Source of the DNA: the human T2T-CHM13v2.0 reference genome, Homo sapiens
Assembly: GCF_009914755.1 (NCBI RefSeq)
Contig: NC_060927.1
Strand: one strand, 5' to 3'
Length of the DNA stretch: 64,000 bases
Shown piece after piece: positions 14,340-28,450 of the stretch. The translations under genes and the position numbers were made by a program. Each line of letters opens with the position of its first letter. Position 1 is the first letter of the stretch. A model generated the notes under the pieces. It was not told the DNA's origin, searched no databases, and saw only the letters and a list, made by a program, of their open reading frames with translations.

Positions 14340-17300
14340 ACTCACCACCAACTGGCTGCTGGCACCACCACCCTGCTGAAGTGCTTATGATGGCACTCCC
14401 CACCCCAGCCCCACCCAGTAGGAGTATTGTTATCAGCACACTGGAAGCAACTCAGCCCCTACAACACAGCAGGTTCTTAACTTTGAGGGACCAGAGAAAA
14501 AAACTGCAGGTGTGGGCCCAGCCACCAAGGACTAGAGCATGCAGCACGGCAGTGCTGGGCCAAGCCTCGGCCTTCTGAAATCATCCACAAATGAAGCCAA
14601 CTGACTAAATCCAACTTACAACACAGTCAGAGCCTCAAGGCCCTCAGAGAACATAAAAGGAAAAAGCTCCATCCAAATGCAAGGACCTTCAAATATTAAA
14701 GGAACATCAGCCGAGACAGATGAGAAAGAACCTGGGCAAGAACTCTGGCAACAATAAAAGCCAGAATGTTTTCTTACCTCCAGATGACCACACTAGCTCC
14801 TGAACAATGGTTCTTAACCAGACTGAGATGGCTGAAATGACAGACATAGAACTCAGAATCTAAATGGAAATGAAGATCGTTGAGATTCAGGAGAAAGTTG
14901 AAACCCTATATGAGGAAAACAATAAAATTATACAAGAGTTGAAAGATAAAATAGCCATTTTAAAAAAGAACCAAACTGACCTGATGAAACTGAAAAATGC
15001 ACTAAAAATATCATAATACAATTGGAAGTATTAACAGAAGAATAGACCAAACTGGGGAAAGAAGCTCGGAGCTTGAAGACTGGTTCTGCAAGTTGACTCA
15101 GGAAAAAAAAGCAAAAGAAATAAAGATAAACAAAGTCTCTTAAGAATTATGGGATTATGTGAAGATTCCAAATTTATGACTCATTGGCATCCCTGAAAGA
15201 GAGGAAGAGAAAGCAAGCAATTTGGAAAACATATTTGAGGATATTATCCATTAAAATTTCTTCAGTCTCACTAGAGAAGCCAACATTCAAACTCAGAGAA
15301 TGCAGAGAACCACTGTGAGATACTATACAAGATGACCATCCCTAAGAAACATAGTCATCAGATTATCCAAGGTTGAAATGAAAGAAAAAAATGTTAAAGA
15401 TAGTTAGAGAGAAGGACTAGGTCACCTACAAAGGGAACCCCATCAGGGTAATAGTGGACTTTTCTGCAGAAATCTTACAAAACAGAATAGACTGGGGACC
15501 TATTTTCAGCATTCCCAAAGAAATTCCAGGCAAGAATTTCATATGCAGCCAAACTCAGCTTCATAAGCAGAGGAGAAATAAAGTCTTTTTCAGACAAGCA
15601 AATGCTAAGGGAATTCTTTACTACCAGACTGACCTTACGAGAAGTTCTTAAGGGAGAGCTAAATATGGAAAGGAAAGACCATTACTGGCCACCACAAAAA
15701 CATGCATAAGTACATGGACCATTGGCACTATAAAGCAACTATACAATCAAGTCTGCATAATAACCAACTAACAACATGATAACAGAATCTAATCTGTGCA
15801 TATCAATATTAGCCATGAATGTAAACAGGCTAAATGCCCCAAGGCACAGAGTGGCAAGTTGGATAAAAAAGCAAGACTCAAGTGTATGCTGTATTCAAGA
15901 GACTCATCTCACATGCACTGACACCCATAGGCTCAAATTAAAGGGAAGGAGAAAATTCTACCAAGTTAATGGAAAACATAAAATAAAAGTAGTTACTGTT
16001 CTAATTCAGAAAAAAACAGACTTTAAACCAACAGTGATCAAAAAAGACAAGGGCACTTTGTAATAGTAAAGGGTTCAATTCAGCAAGAAGACCTAACCTA
16101 CCTAAATATATATTCATCCAACACAAGATCACCCAGATTCATAAAACTAGTTCTAAGAGACTTATGAAGAGACTTAGATAACAACACATTAATAGTGGGA
16201 GACTTCAACATCCCACCAATGTGTTGGGCAGATCCTTGAGACAGGAAACTAAAAAATATTTTCAGGACCTGAACTTGACACCTGACCAAATGGACGTAAG
16301 AACATCTATAGAACTTTCCACTTCAAAACGACAAAATATACATTTTTCTCATAAACACATGGCACATATGCTAAAATTGACCACAAAAATGGCAATAAAA
16401 AATTCTCAGCAAATGTTTAAAAACCTGAAATTACAGCAACCACACTTTCAGACCACAGCAAAATAAAAATAGAAATCAATACTAAGAAGATGACTCAAAA
16501 CCATACAATTACATGGAAATTAAACAATCTGCTGCATGCATTTTGGGTGAAAAATGAAATTAAGGCAGAAATCAAGAAATTCTTTTAAGCTAATGAGAAC
16601 AAAGATATAACATACCAGAATTTCTAGGACACAGCTAAAGCAGTATTAAGAGGTAATTTTATAGCAATAATTGCCCACATAAAAAAGTTAGAAAGATCTC
16701 AAATTAACAACCTAATGTCACATCTAGGAAAACTAGAAAAACAAGAACAAGGCAACCTCAAAGCTAGCAGAAAACAAGACATAATCCAAATCAGAGCTGA
16801 ACTGAATGAAATTGAGATGTAAAAAAAACACAAAAGATCAAGGTGTTCAGGAGTTTTTTCTTTGAAAGAATAAATAAGATTGATATATAGCTAGCTAGCC
16901 TAATTTAAAAAGAGGATCAAAATAAACAATTATAAATGAAAAAGGAGATGTTACTACTGACTCCACAGAATTCGAAAAAACATCAGAGACTATATGAGCA
17001 CCTATATGCACAAAAGCTAGAAAACCTATAAGGAATGGAGAAATTCCTGGTTCCATCACCACCTGCAAGACTTAACCAGGAAGAAACTGAGTCCCTGAAC
17101 AGACCAACAGTGAGTTCCAAAATTGAATCAGTAATAAAATGCCTACCAATCAGAAAAAGCTCAGGGATCAGAGGGATTCACAGCCAAATTCTACCAGATA
17201 TATAAAGAAGAGCTGGTACCATTCCTACTGAAACTATTCCAAAAAATTGAGGAGGAGGGACTCCTCTTTGATCCACTTTATGAGGCCAGCATTATTCTAA

Positions 17301-19764
17301 TATCAAAACCTGGCAGAAACACAGCAGAAAAAGTAAACGTCAGGCCAATACCCTTAATGAACATAGATGTGAAAATCTCAACAAAATACCCGTGAAATGA
17401 ATCCAGCAGCACATCAAAAAGCTAATTCACCATGATCAAGTAGGCTTTATGTCTGAGATACCAGGTTTGTTCAACACATGCAAATCAACACATGCAATTC
17501 ATCACATAAAAAGACTAAAAAACCACATGATCACCTCAATAGATGTAGAAAAGGCTTTTGATAAAATTTAACATCCCTTGTTGTTAAAAGCTCTCAACAA
17601 TGTAGGCAATGGGGGAGCATATCTCAAAATAATAAGAGCCATCAATGAGAAACCTGAAGCCAACATCATACAGAATGGGAAAAAGCTGGGAGCATTCCCC
17701 TTGAAAATCAGAACAAGACAAGAATGCCCATTCTCACTGTTCCTTTTCAATATAGTGGTGGAAGACCTAGTCAGAACAATCAGGCAAAAGAAATAAATAA
17801 AAGGCATCCAAATAGGGAGAGAAGAAGTCAAACTATCTATGTTTGCAGACAATAGGATTCTATACCTAGAAACCTCATAGTTTTTGCCCAAGAACTCCTA
17901 GGTCTAATAAACAACTTCAGCAAAGTTTCAGAGTACAAAATCAGTATATGAAAATTGGTAGCATTCCTATACACTGACAACGTCCAAGCTCAGAACCAAA
18001 TCAATACAATCTCATTCACAATAGCCCCCAAAACAATAAAATGCCTAAGAATACAGCTAACCAGGTAGGTAAAAAAATCTCTACAACGAGAATTACAAAA
18101 CACTGCTGAAAGAAATCAGAGATGATGCAAACAAATGGAAAAACATTTCATGCTCATGAATAGGAAGAATAAATATTGTTAAAATGGCCATACTGCCTAA
18201 AGCAGTTTATAGATTCAATGCTACTCTTATCAAACTACCAATGACATTCTTCACAAAATTAGAAAAAAAACTATCTTAAAAGTCATATGAAACCCCAAAA
18301 AGGCTGAATAGTCAAAGCAGTTCTAAGCAAAAAGAACAAAACTGGAGGCATCATGCTACCTGACTTCAAACTATACTACAGGGCTAACGGTAGCCAAAGC
18401 ATTATGGTATTGGTACAAAAACAGACACATAGACCAATGGAACCAAATAGGGAGCCCAGAAATGAAGCCACACATTTACAGCTGTCTGATCTTTGACAAA
18501 GCTGATGAAAACAACCAATGCAGAAATGACTCCTTATTCATAGTGCTGGAATAACTGACTAGCCATATGCAGAATATTGAAACTGGACTCATTCCTGACA
18601 CCATGTACAAAAAGCAACTCAATATAAATTAAGTAATTGTAAAAACTAAAACTATAAAACCCTGGAAGATAACCTAGTAAATAGCATTCTGGATGTAGGC
18701 CCTGGCAAGCATCTCATGATGAAGATACCAAAAGCACTTGCAACCAAAACAAAAATTGACAAGTGGGACCTATTTAAACTAAAGTGCCTCTGCATAGCAA
18801 AGGAAACTATCAACAGAGTAAACAGACAGCCTTTAGGATGGGAGAAGATATTTGCAAACTATGCATCTGAAAAAGGTCTAATATCTGGAATCTATAAGGA
18901 ACTGAAACGAATTAACAAGCAAAAAGCAACCAACCCCATTAAAAAGTGGGCAAAGGACATGAACAGTTTTCAAAAAAAGACATACACATGGACAACAAGC
19001 ATATGAATAAATGCTCAGCATCACTGATCATTAGAGAAATCAAATGCAAATCACAATGAGATACCATCTCTTACCAGTTGGGATGGCTGTTATTAAAAAA
19101 GTTAAAAAATAACAGATGCTGGTGAGGTTATAGAGAAAAGGGAACACATATACACTGCTTGTGGAAGTGTAAATTAGTTCAACCATTGTGGAAAGCATTG
19201 TGACAATTTCTCAAAAGCCTTAGAACTACCATTCAATACAGCTATGCCATTACGGGGTATATATTAATACCCAAGGATTATAAATCATTCTACCATAAAG
19301 ACACATGCATGCCTAATGTTCATCGCAGCACTCATGGCAACAGCAAAAGACATGGAATCAACATAAATGCCCTTCAACAGTAGACTGTATAAAGAAAATA
19401 TGGTAGATATATACCATGGAATACTACACAACCATAAAAAAGAATGAAATCGTGTCCTTTGTAACAACATGGATGGAACTGGAGGCTCTTATCCTAAGTG
19501 AACTAATGCAGGAACGGAAAACCAAATAACACACATTGTCGCTTGTAAGTGGGAGCTAAACATTGACCACACATGGCATAAAGGGAAATAGACAACAGGG
19601 GTTGAGGTGGGAGGCTGGAAGTAGGGTAAGGATTGCAGATACTATAGTCACTACTTGGCGATGAAGTCATTTGCATACTAAGCCCCAGCAATATGCAATT
19701 TACCCATGTAACAAACCTGCACATGTACCTGCTGAACCTACAATAAAAGTTGGAAGAAAAAAAA
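14340..19764 (+). mobile_element. Near full-length LINE-1 (L1PA15/16-like), decayed
   Basis: Part of 5'UTR, ORF1 remnants, ORF2 pieces (15776-16063 endonuclease; 17578-17796; 18716-19006), 3' end aataaaagttggaagaaaaaaaa; possible TSD atcagaagtact / atcagaggact. Confidence 0.93.
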
Positions 19765-20119
19765 TCAGAGGACTTTTAAAAACCAAAATAATAGACTCAA
19801 GTTAAAAAAAGTATTAAAGTTATACCAAACAAAGATCAGTTAGCATGTAATTTCCTTGAGTTTTTCATTTCCTGTTTTATAAGAGTTCTCTCATGGCCTC
19901 TGCATTCTGCAGTTTTTACAAAAGGCACTACCTAGCATTGTGATTCAGAAGCACCCATCAGCAATATCCTTTAGGACATGATTCTAAATGTTACAGAAAA
20001 ACTGGGACAGTGGGCTATGGTTATCATTGTACTGGATAGGCATGCACATGCCAATTAATAGGTGTTCCTAGTTGATACAATTCCGTCTTAACCTACTTAA
20101 AAAGTATATCTAAAATGTC

Positions 20120-20255
20120 AGAAATGGAAGGAAGCTTAGAGTTATTGATGTCATTTGTCTCCAGCTGCCATTTTACAGTTGGGGAAACTGAGGCCCAGTT
20201 GGTTTTGTGACGTTGACATAATCTTTTAGATGACAGAGAGGCTTGGAAAAGCTTG
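20120..20255 (-). mobile_element. MIR remnant
   Basis: cattttacagttggggaaactgaggcccag core. Confidence 0.7.
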
Positions 20256-20729
20256 AGCTGCAGGCTAGGAACAGTCATTGCATTTTACTATTTTGTGACT
20301 TATAGGCAGTGCCAGAGAGCTACCCGAGCAACCAAATTGATTTTACACCTGTGTGCACACACAAAACAGCAATTAGGAAACAGTGTGTAGCAGATTTTGA
20401 CATGTATGAAATTATGGAACCAATTACTTTTTACAAGTCAACTCATGACAGTCATTTCAAACAAAGCAGACTCTGGAATCTGTTCCTTAAGGATATGGTT
20501 GACAGATTATCAGTGCATTTAAACCTCATTTCTGGAGATTATATTGGAGAGGTTGAGCTGAGGAGCAGATTGAAGATGTTAATTTAAATTAACGATTTGT
20601 TATTTTAATGGTTGCTTCTTTTTAAAAAGTGTGCAGTTAAATAGCTTTTGCTTGCCAGTGAGTTATAATGCAAGGAATGGGTATTCTAGGTGTTTAGAGA
20701 TGTAAGTGCTAATCTTGTTTTTCTACTTC

Positions 20730-20835
20730 TTCATGTTGTTTACTACTTGTAGGGCCTTGAGAAAATTACAGAGCCCTCTGGACCTCAGTTGACCTATCTG
20801 TTAGATGGGCATATTAATGTCTGTTTCCTCAAAGC
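20730..20835 (+). mobile_element. MIR remnant
   Basis: ctctggacctcagttgacctatctgttagatggg core. Confidence 0.6.
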
Positions 20836-22738
20836 AGATAACAAGACTAAGTGATACCTTGAAAACCCACAAAAATGGGGAATGAATGAGAGAATGAATG
20901 TCAGGGGACTCATTCAAAAGTCCCTAAAAACAGGATACTCTTTGAAATGGAGGAGCAGTTGAGAGTCAGGAAAACCTAGGTTCAAATCTGTTAGTAAGTA
21001 TGCTTATGACCTTTGACCCCTCTGTGTTTGGGAAGAAAAGCAGACTTAAAGAACCATTAAAACTAACTGAGTGATTGCAAGAAAATACCTGGTACCATGT
21101 CCAGCATACTTGCTAGGTCATCATTAAAATTAGTGGAGGCAGATAGCCCCATCTAAAGACTGTGTGCAGACTTCCACTTCTGTCCATAAAGGCGTCTCTG
21201 TTACAGGACTTGCCTTTCTGTCAGAAACAAGCAGAAAACTTGATAACTTACACAGAACAGTGGTTTCTGAATATTGGATGGCAGGAAATACAGGACTGTG
21301 CTTCATGAAAGAATGCAAACAAATCAGATGAACTTTATGTTTACCTCAACTTTCTTCCTAGAGGTGCATTCTCCACTGTGGCATGGGGAAGAAGAACTGA
21401 AACAAAGCCTGATGATCTCACTGAGGCAGAAGTCAAGGTCTAGGGATGCTGAAGCAATTAGAATTTGAGGTGCAGAGCAATGGATGGAAGGTAGTTGCAG
21501 AGAGAGACAAGGAGGAAGAGAGCACACCCTAGAGTTCACAACTATTATAAGTATGATCAATAGGACTAAGTAAAATATGACATGTTGAGGCGAGAGAGAG
21601 AATATAAAAACCAAATGGAGCTTCAGGAATTAAAAAAAATACACTACCTGAAATAAAACTTTTGCTGGATTAGCAGTGGGTTAAACACTGCAGAAGAAAA
21701 AATGCATGAACTTGAAAACACAGGAATAGGAACTAACAAAGTGAAACACATAGAAAAGACTGAAAAAAGACCAAAGCTTCAGTGACCTGTGGGACAGTAT
21801 CAAGCAGCTGAACAATCTAATGTGCAGTTAAAGTCACAAAAGGGGAAAATGGAAAAAGAAATTTGAAGAAATTAGAGCAGAAAATTTTCAAATTTTTCAA
21901 GAATTTTCAAAAAATTTTTAAACTTTTCAGCAATACTGTGTTAAACACTGCAAAGCCACAAATTCAAGAAGCTCAACAAAACTTTAGCAACATTAACACA
22001 CACACAAAATCCACAGAGGCTCATAATAATAAAGCTTTTAAAAATCAATGATAAAAAGAAAACCTCAAAGCAATCAGAGAAAGATACATACAGAGGAACA
22101 AAATTAAGAATGACTATAGACTTCTCATCAGAAATTGTGTAAATTAGAAGACAAGGGAACAATATTTTTAAGACACTGAAAAGAAAACAGAAAATTCTAT
22201 ACCCAGAAAAAAATGTTTGAAACATGAAGACAAATGAAGAACCTGTCACATTGGATAAAAAAGCAGGATTCAACTTTATGCTGAATACATAAAACTCACT
22301 TTAATTGGACATACAGATATATAAAAATAATGGAATATGCTATACCATAGAAAAACTAATAATAACATTGTAATAGCAATATAAATATGCACATAGATTT
22401 AAAAACAAGAAATATTAATGGGTATGACATGGGCGTTTCATAATGATAAAGGATCATTTCTTCAAAAAGACCTATAATCTGGAATGCATATGCCCCTAAT
22501 AACAGCTCAAGATACATGAAGTAAAACAAATAAAAGAAATAGACAAGTCCATGATTAGAGATGTAAATTTTAACCTTATTTTCTCTACAACTGATAGAAC
22601 ATGTAGAGGAAAAAATCTGTAAGGATATTGAAAATTTGATCAACATTATAGATCAGCTCGACCAAATTGATATTTAGGGAACATCCGATCCTACAAGAGC
22701 AGAATACACATTTTTTAAAGTGCACATAGAGTAGCCAC

Positions 22739-23091
22739 TGTATTAGTCTATCACACTGCTAATAAAGACATACCTGAGGCTGGGTAATTTATAAAGAAGA
22801 AGACGTTTAATGGACTCACAGTTCTACATGGCTGCGGAGGACTCACAATCATGGGAGGAGCAAAGGCACATCTTACGTGGCAGCAGACAGGAGAGCATGT
22901 TCAGGGGAGCTGCCCTTTATAAAACCATCAGATCTTGTGAGACTTATTCACTATTATGATGAGAACCGCATGGGAAAAACTTGCCCCCATGATTCAATTA
23001 CCTCCCACTGGGTCCCTCCCATGACATGTGGGGATTATGGGAGCTACAATTCAAGATGAGATTTGGGTGAGGACATGGCCAAATTATATCA
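22739..23091 (-). mobile_element. THE1C solo LTR (MaLR)
   Basis: TG...CA ends, perfect 5-bp TSD GCCAC (22734-22738 and 23092-23096). Confidence 0.92.
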
Positions 23092-23908
23092 GCCACCAAG
23101 ATAATCATACCTTTGGCCATAAGACAATACATTTAAGTAGCAAAATACTGTGGAGTATTTTCTCTTACCAAAAAAGTATTAAATTAGAAATCACTAACAG
23201 AAAAATATTTGGAATTTCCCTAAACATTTGAAAATTAAGCACTAACTTGTAAGGAATCCCTGAGTGAAAGAATCATAAAAGAAAACAAAAAGTGAACTAA
23301 ATGAACATGAAAACAAAAAAATAGCAAAATTTATGGAATGGATCCAAATCAGTGCTTAGAGATTCGTTTATGGTGTTAAATTATATTAGAAAAGAAGAAA
23401 GATGTCAAATAATTTAAGTTTGCCCCTTAAGAATCTCAAGAGAAGAAGATCAAGTTAAACCCAAAGTAGAAGAAAGAAAACAGTAAAGATCATTAACATA
23501 GAAAATAGACCAATAGAGAAAATACTAATAAAATTTAAAGCTGGTTCTTGAAAAGATCAGTAAAATTGACAAATCTCTCACCAGAGTGATCAAGAAATGA
23601 GAGAAAATGCAAATTATCAGTATCAGGAATAAACATAGGAATATCATCACACATTCTATGGATAGTAAGAGGATAAATATTATGACCAACCAACTGTATA
23701 TCAATAAATGTAACAGCTTAGATGAAGTGCACAAAGTCTTTGAGAGACCTGTTCATCAAAAGTGACCTCAGAATAGACTGAAATCCCTATATCAATTAAA
23801 TAAATTTGATTTGTAATTAAAATAATTCCATTATTAAATGCAATGTGGTGTCCTGGATTGGATACCCAGAGAGAAAAAGGATGGTAATAAAAAACTGGTG
23901 AAGTCTGA

Positions 23909-24281
<373 letters not shown>

Positions 24282-24329
24282 TGCCCATGTTAATTTCTTA
24301 CATGGTTATGTAAGATCTTAACTTTAGGG

Positions 24330-24543
24330 CAGCAGTTCTCCACTATGCAATAATTTTTTTCCCTGGGGAACTTCTCCAATATCTGAAGACATCTTTGGCT
24401 GTCACCATTGAGGGAACAGTGTTACCAGTATCTAAGGTAGAAGCCTAGGATGCTAGCAAAGATCTATAGTGCACAAGACAGTCCCCCACAACAGAGAATG
24501 ATCTTGCCTGAAATATTAATTGTGCCAAGGTGGAAAAAACCCA
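24330..24543 (+). mobile_element. MER20 hAT MITE
   Basis: cagcagttctc...gcacaagacagtcccccacaacagagaatg...gtgccaaggtggaaaaaaccc. Confidence 0.8.
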
Positions 24544-25832
24544 CATTCAAGGGCACTGTGAGAGGTGAATCGGGATGATGGACTATGTTCGCAACTGTTC
24601 TGTAAATCTACAATTATGCTAAAATAAAAGTTTATTTAAAAATGCTTCACTTAAAGAAAACCCCAGGTTCAGCTAGCCTCACTGGTTACTTCTATCAAAC
24701 ATTTGAGGAGTAAATAATACCAATTCTACACACAATTTTAAAATATATGAGGAAATATTTCTACCTGTTTTATGAGGCTGCTATGTTCCTTCCTACCCTT
24801 CCTCTCCTTCCTCTTTCTCATCCATCACTTCTTTTTTTAAATCTTTTTCTAAATATATGGCCATTTTATTTCACAGCAAAGAGTATTTTAATATAAGTAT
24901 AGAAAAATGAGGATAATCAATGGGTGTCTTCTCAATTACATTTTTCTCATTTTATTTTTGAGTTTACCGTACCTAGTTAACTCTGCCTCAGTAATGGGAT
25001 CTTGGACCTGGCATATGGGGTAGGGGTTGGAGGCTAGTGATATGGTGGCTTTACATGTGGACATCTTTGGTCATGCATGTTCAGGCAAGTTCACAGAGGC
25101 AAGCACAATCACTTCTCGGTAATTTGCTCTGAGCTAGATATCATATGCAACTAGATGACTTTTCTTAGTGTTTGGCTTCCTCAGTAACCAGATATATTGA
25201 ACTTAGTAGAGAAATAGAATTACCCAATGTACATCTTTGCAAACAATATAATTATATCACTGTTAATGTCTCTGTTGCCCCTGGAAATCTTCCTGAATGT
25301 CTTTGGGAGTCATGAAGTATTGGTAGCCTGACTCATCCATCAGAATAGCTCCTAATTTAGGACAAACAATTATATGTAAATCTTTTCTCTCCCCTGTGTC
25401 AATTTACCAATCAAAAACCCAGAGCAAGGAGAAGCTTTGGCATCTTCACTAACCTGGAAACTAGCAGTTTTCTCTGGGGACTTTAAGGGAACATGGGTTA
25501 ATGGGAGAATTTCATTATTGGGTGAAATCTTGGCATGCTTGGGGACCAATTAGGGAACTCTTGAAGTCATCCCTTTCACAACCTAACAATAACTTCAATT
25601 ACAATAATTTAGAAAATTGCATACCCTAGATATTGGCTCCCTAACTTTTAAAGAAACATTTTGCTCTGTTTTATTAAAAGTTTACGTTTCACTGAAACAT
25701 ACATATTATATAATAGGAATGTGTTGTAAACACATTCACAAGGTGTGGCTCAATGCCATGGCTTAACCTGATCCCTGCAGTTTCCTGCTGTTCTCATTAC
25801 ACTCCATGCCAAAGTTGTTGGTTTAAGTTTCT

Positions 25833-26149
25833 CTTCCTTTCCTTTCTTTTCTCCTTTCCTTTCCTTCCTTTCCTTCTTTTTTTTTCCTTTCTTTATTTTT
25901 CTGAGGCAAGGTCGCACTTTGTCAGCCAGGCTAGAGTGCAGTGGTGCAATCACACTCACTGCAGCCTTGACTTCCCAAGCTCAGGTGATTCTCCCACCTC
26001 AGCCTCCCGAATAGCTGGGACTACAGGTGTGTGCCATCACACCCAGCTCATTTTTGTATTTTTTGTAGAGACCCGGTTTTGCTATATTGCCCTGGCTAGT
26101 GTCAAACTTCTGGGCTCAAGAGGTTTGCCCACCTCAGCCTCCCAAAGTG
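25833..26149 (-). mobile_element. AluJ, 5'-truncated, with CTTT-rich tail
   Basis: J-type gcagccttgacttcccaagctcagg and ctgggctcaag; TSD core ggtttaagtt. Confidence 0.9.
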
Positions 26150-26432
26150 TGGTTTAAGTTCCTAAAAGAAGTATTCTAGGTTCATCCTAATTCACTTCGT
26201 ATTTTCTTCTTATAGAAACTTGAGAAGTTAAAGTTTTATTAATATTTTAAAGGAATAAGGGTATTTGCAAAACATCCAAAGCAGCATTCCCTGTACACAA
26301 CTCTACAGAAAATATAAGCATATACTTGTGTTGAAAAATAGTTTTGGGTTTGTCAGAATATTAGAAATATTACACATGATTGATTAGAGGCAGGGAAGAC
26401 ATGTAAAAGTCTGCTAATGAAGATATATAAAA

Positions 26433-26665
26433 TGAGGGATTGTAATATAGAACATTATACTTGAAGTAGGAATTCAAGAAGGTCCTAAAAATGTTGCCTG
26501 AATGAATAAGTAAATGTACTCAATTAATTTTTGTTCATACTTTTGATATTTTGGATATAATAAATCAACCTCTACTCACCAGGAATATCTGTGCTCTCTC
26601 TTTAGGGATGAGACAAAATTATGTATGGAAACAATATATGCTAGTGCTCAATTGTAAACTGCAGA
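26433..26665 (+). repeat. Donor copy of a ~230-bp local duplication
   Basis: Aligns end to end with 28701-28929. Confidence 0.93.
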
Positions 26666-27095
26666 CAATAAACGAGATCTCTATTTCACTTGCTAGGTAA
26701 AAGCATTTTTCAGAGTATCTAGGTAAGTTGTTTTTCGAATTTAGCCAAGAACTACTAGATAAATAATAAATTGAGTCCCAACTGGTCATTAGTTGAGGTA
26801 TGTTGCAGCAGGAAGAGAGGAGGCTTATAGATATTTGGGATCTGTAAAGGCTTTGGTGGAGCCCAGGGAGAGAATCTTCACAAACATATTTATGAGAGTT
26901 TTTTGAACAGTCCATTTTTCCACTTCTAAAATTCCTATTGATGAGTTATTCTCTCATGAATGAAATGACACATCTACAGGTTAAGATGTCACTGAAAGCC
27001 AGTAACTCATTATCAGTAGGAAATACATTTTGTGTTGTACACTCTGGAGACTATGGAAGGGATGCCTTTGAGATGAGTTCCCATTCCCTTTGTGG

Positions 27096-28100
27096 TGGCA
27101 TGGTTTGGATGTTTGTCCCCTCTAAAACTCAGGTTGAAATTTAATTGTCGTTGTAACAGTATTAAGAGGTGTTACCTTTAAGAGATGATCAGATCATATG
27201 GGCTCTGTCCTGTTGGTTGAGGTTAATACCTTATAAATGAGTGAGTCTGGCCCTCTCTTGCCCTTTTGTTGTCCTTTTGCCATGTGGGGAACCAGCCACT
27301 TTTACCTCTGGAGAATTCAACAGGAAAGGCCCTGTCTTGGAAGAAGAGAATGGTCTTGCCAGACACTGGAACTTCTGGTGCCCTGACCTTAAACTTGCCC
27401 GCTACCAAAACTGTAAGGAAATAAATTTCCTTTCATCATAAATTATCTTGATGTAGGAGATAAGCAGGACTTGTTTCCCAAGCACCAGAAACAACACCGT
27501 TAATCAAAAAGAGGATGGAGTAAAGAAACTGGCAGAAACCAGCACATGGCAATGACCTCTGGTTGCCCTCACTGCTCATTATTAAAGACACTCCCACAGG
27601 TGCCATGACAGTTTACAAATATAATGTCAATGTGCCATAGTAATAACCTGGAAATGACCTTATATGGTTCCAGGAACCTCCGTTCTCTTTTCTAGAAAAT
27701 TCCAAATCAACCACCCCTTAATTGGATTATAATTAAGAGCGGATGTAAATACAGCTAGCCAGAAATTCCTGCTGCGGCTGCTGGGACTCCTGCTCCTGTT
27801 CTGACTGTTGTTCGGGACTGCTGCTGCTTTAGGCTGCTCTGCCTATGGAGCTGCTACTTTGCTGTACACTGCTACTCTGCGATCCTCTGCCTATGGGATA
27901 GCCCTGCTCTATCTGTGGAACAGTCATTTTGCTAGACACTATTGCTCTAATAAACTTGCTTTCTTTCACTGTTGCCTTGCTCTTGAATTCTTTCCTGTCC
28001 AAGGCCAGGAACCTATCTGAGCTATGCCCCAATTTTGACGTTTGCCTGCATCATTCCCATGTCAGGTATTCTGTTATATCAGCTCAAACAAATGAAGATG
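27096..28100 (+). mobile_element. MSTC/MSTD-like MaLR LTR split by a MER66-like LTR
   Basis: atggtttggatgtttgtcccc...ataaatttcc; resumes as tcaggtattctgttata at ~28060. Confidence 0.8.
27449..28053 (+). mobile_element. MER66-like ERV1 solo LTR
   Basis: Inverted termini tgatgtagg / cctgcatca; gacactcccac...gccatgacagtttacaaat; AATAAA near 27949. Confidence 0.8.
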
Positions 28101-28450
28101 TTGCAAATGTGGAGAAACTTGAATGCACTTATAACCATGGAACAGTGTTTGATTAGTGAAAAGCAATTTAATACCTTTGCTTCATTCAACTAAGTTTATT
28201 ATCACAAACTCCTGATAATAAAAGGTATTTAGTGAACATATTGAATGAGTAGGTGAACTTGGTTGTAGAACATGATAATCAATAACTTCACATAATGAAG
28301 AAAAACTTTCTCCATCATTGGGCCAACCATATTTTTCTGATCTAAACAGTTTCCCATTTCTATTTTTTATATATTTACAAATGAGATGATTGAGATACAA
28401 GTACTTTAGGGCATTTGTTCTACACTGATTTGAATAGAAACTATGTCTAT

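Noticed and set aside
25750-26157. Hydrophobic 134-aa ORF (also 36684-37121 and 63466-63807)
   Set aside because: Antisense Alu and pyrimidine-tail translations
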